From: Magallana gigas
Lineage: Eukaryota
Assembly (NCBI RefSeq): GCF_963853765.1
Contig: NC_088856.1
Coordinates: forward strand, 27,342,001 to 27,406,000
DNA length: 64,000 nt
Direction: 5' to 3'
The notes under the pieces were generated by a model that saw only the letters and a program-made list of their open reading frames with translations, searched no databases and had not been told where the DNA came from. A program made the position numbers and the translations under genes. Below are positions 63,751 through 64,000 of this stretch, piece by piece (position 1 is the stretch's first letter; the number at the start of each line of letters is the position of its first letter).

Positions 63751-64000
63751 ATTTTAATTGGATCCATACAATTTCTCATAACTATTTCGATCACTGATAA
63801 GTAGTTTGATGGACTAATTCTTTGAATATTACACAACATGATTGATATTGAATTTTCACGAAATTCCTGTATAAGAATTCATATTATAAAAAACAGGCGT
63901 AATTCACATACTTATAGGAATTTACTTGCCATGCGAAATAACATCGTTTTAAATAAATAATAATCGATAAAATCAACTCCCGTCAGTACTTCAGTACTTT

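Overview
AT-rich invertebrate genomic DNA, most likely a Crassostrea/Magallana oyster (inferred from gene content and repeat families), with two N gaps (32422-32560, 44948-45105). Gene order: last exons of MRPL46 (+); a complete 14-coding-exon CXXC1/CFP1 (-, 4285-13470); a ~38-kb tandem Toll-like receptor array (+); and the first coding exons of an ariadne-2 (ARIH2) RBR E3 ligase (+, from 62084, running off the window). The TLR array has three full-length two-coding-exon receptors, one receptor with an intact ectodomain but a ~345-bp deletion removing most of the TIR domain, and two 5'-only relics of a second TLR subtype. It appears built from a repeated two-subtype cassette plus a segmental duplication that carried in a dead 5' copy of ARIH2. 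The paralogs show patchwork ectodomains, homogenised TIR domains, and loss of the TIR WCxxE motif. Intergenic and intronic DNA is full of nested DNA-transposon derivatives (TA-target MITEs, TTAA-target Kolobok-like, CCC-ended EnSpm-like, pogo, mariner, Harbinger, Helitron-like). All exon models and alignments were made by eye.
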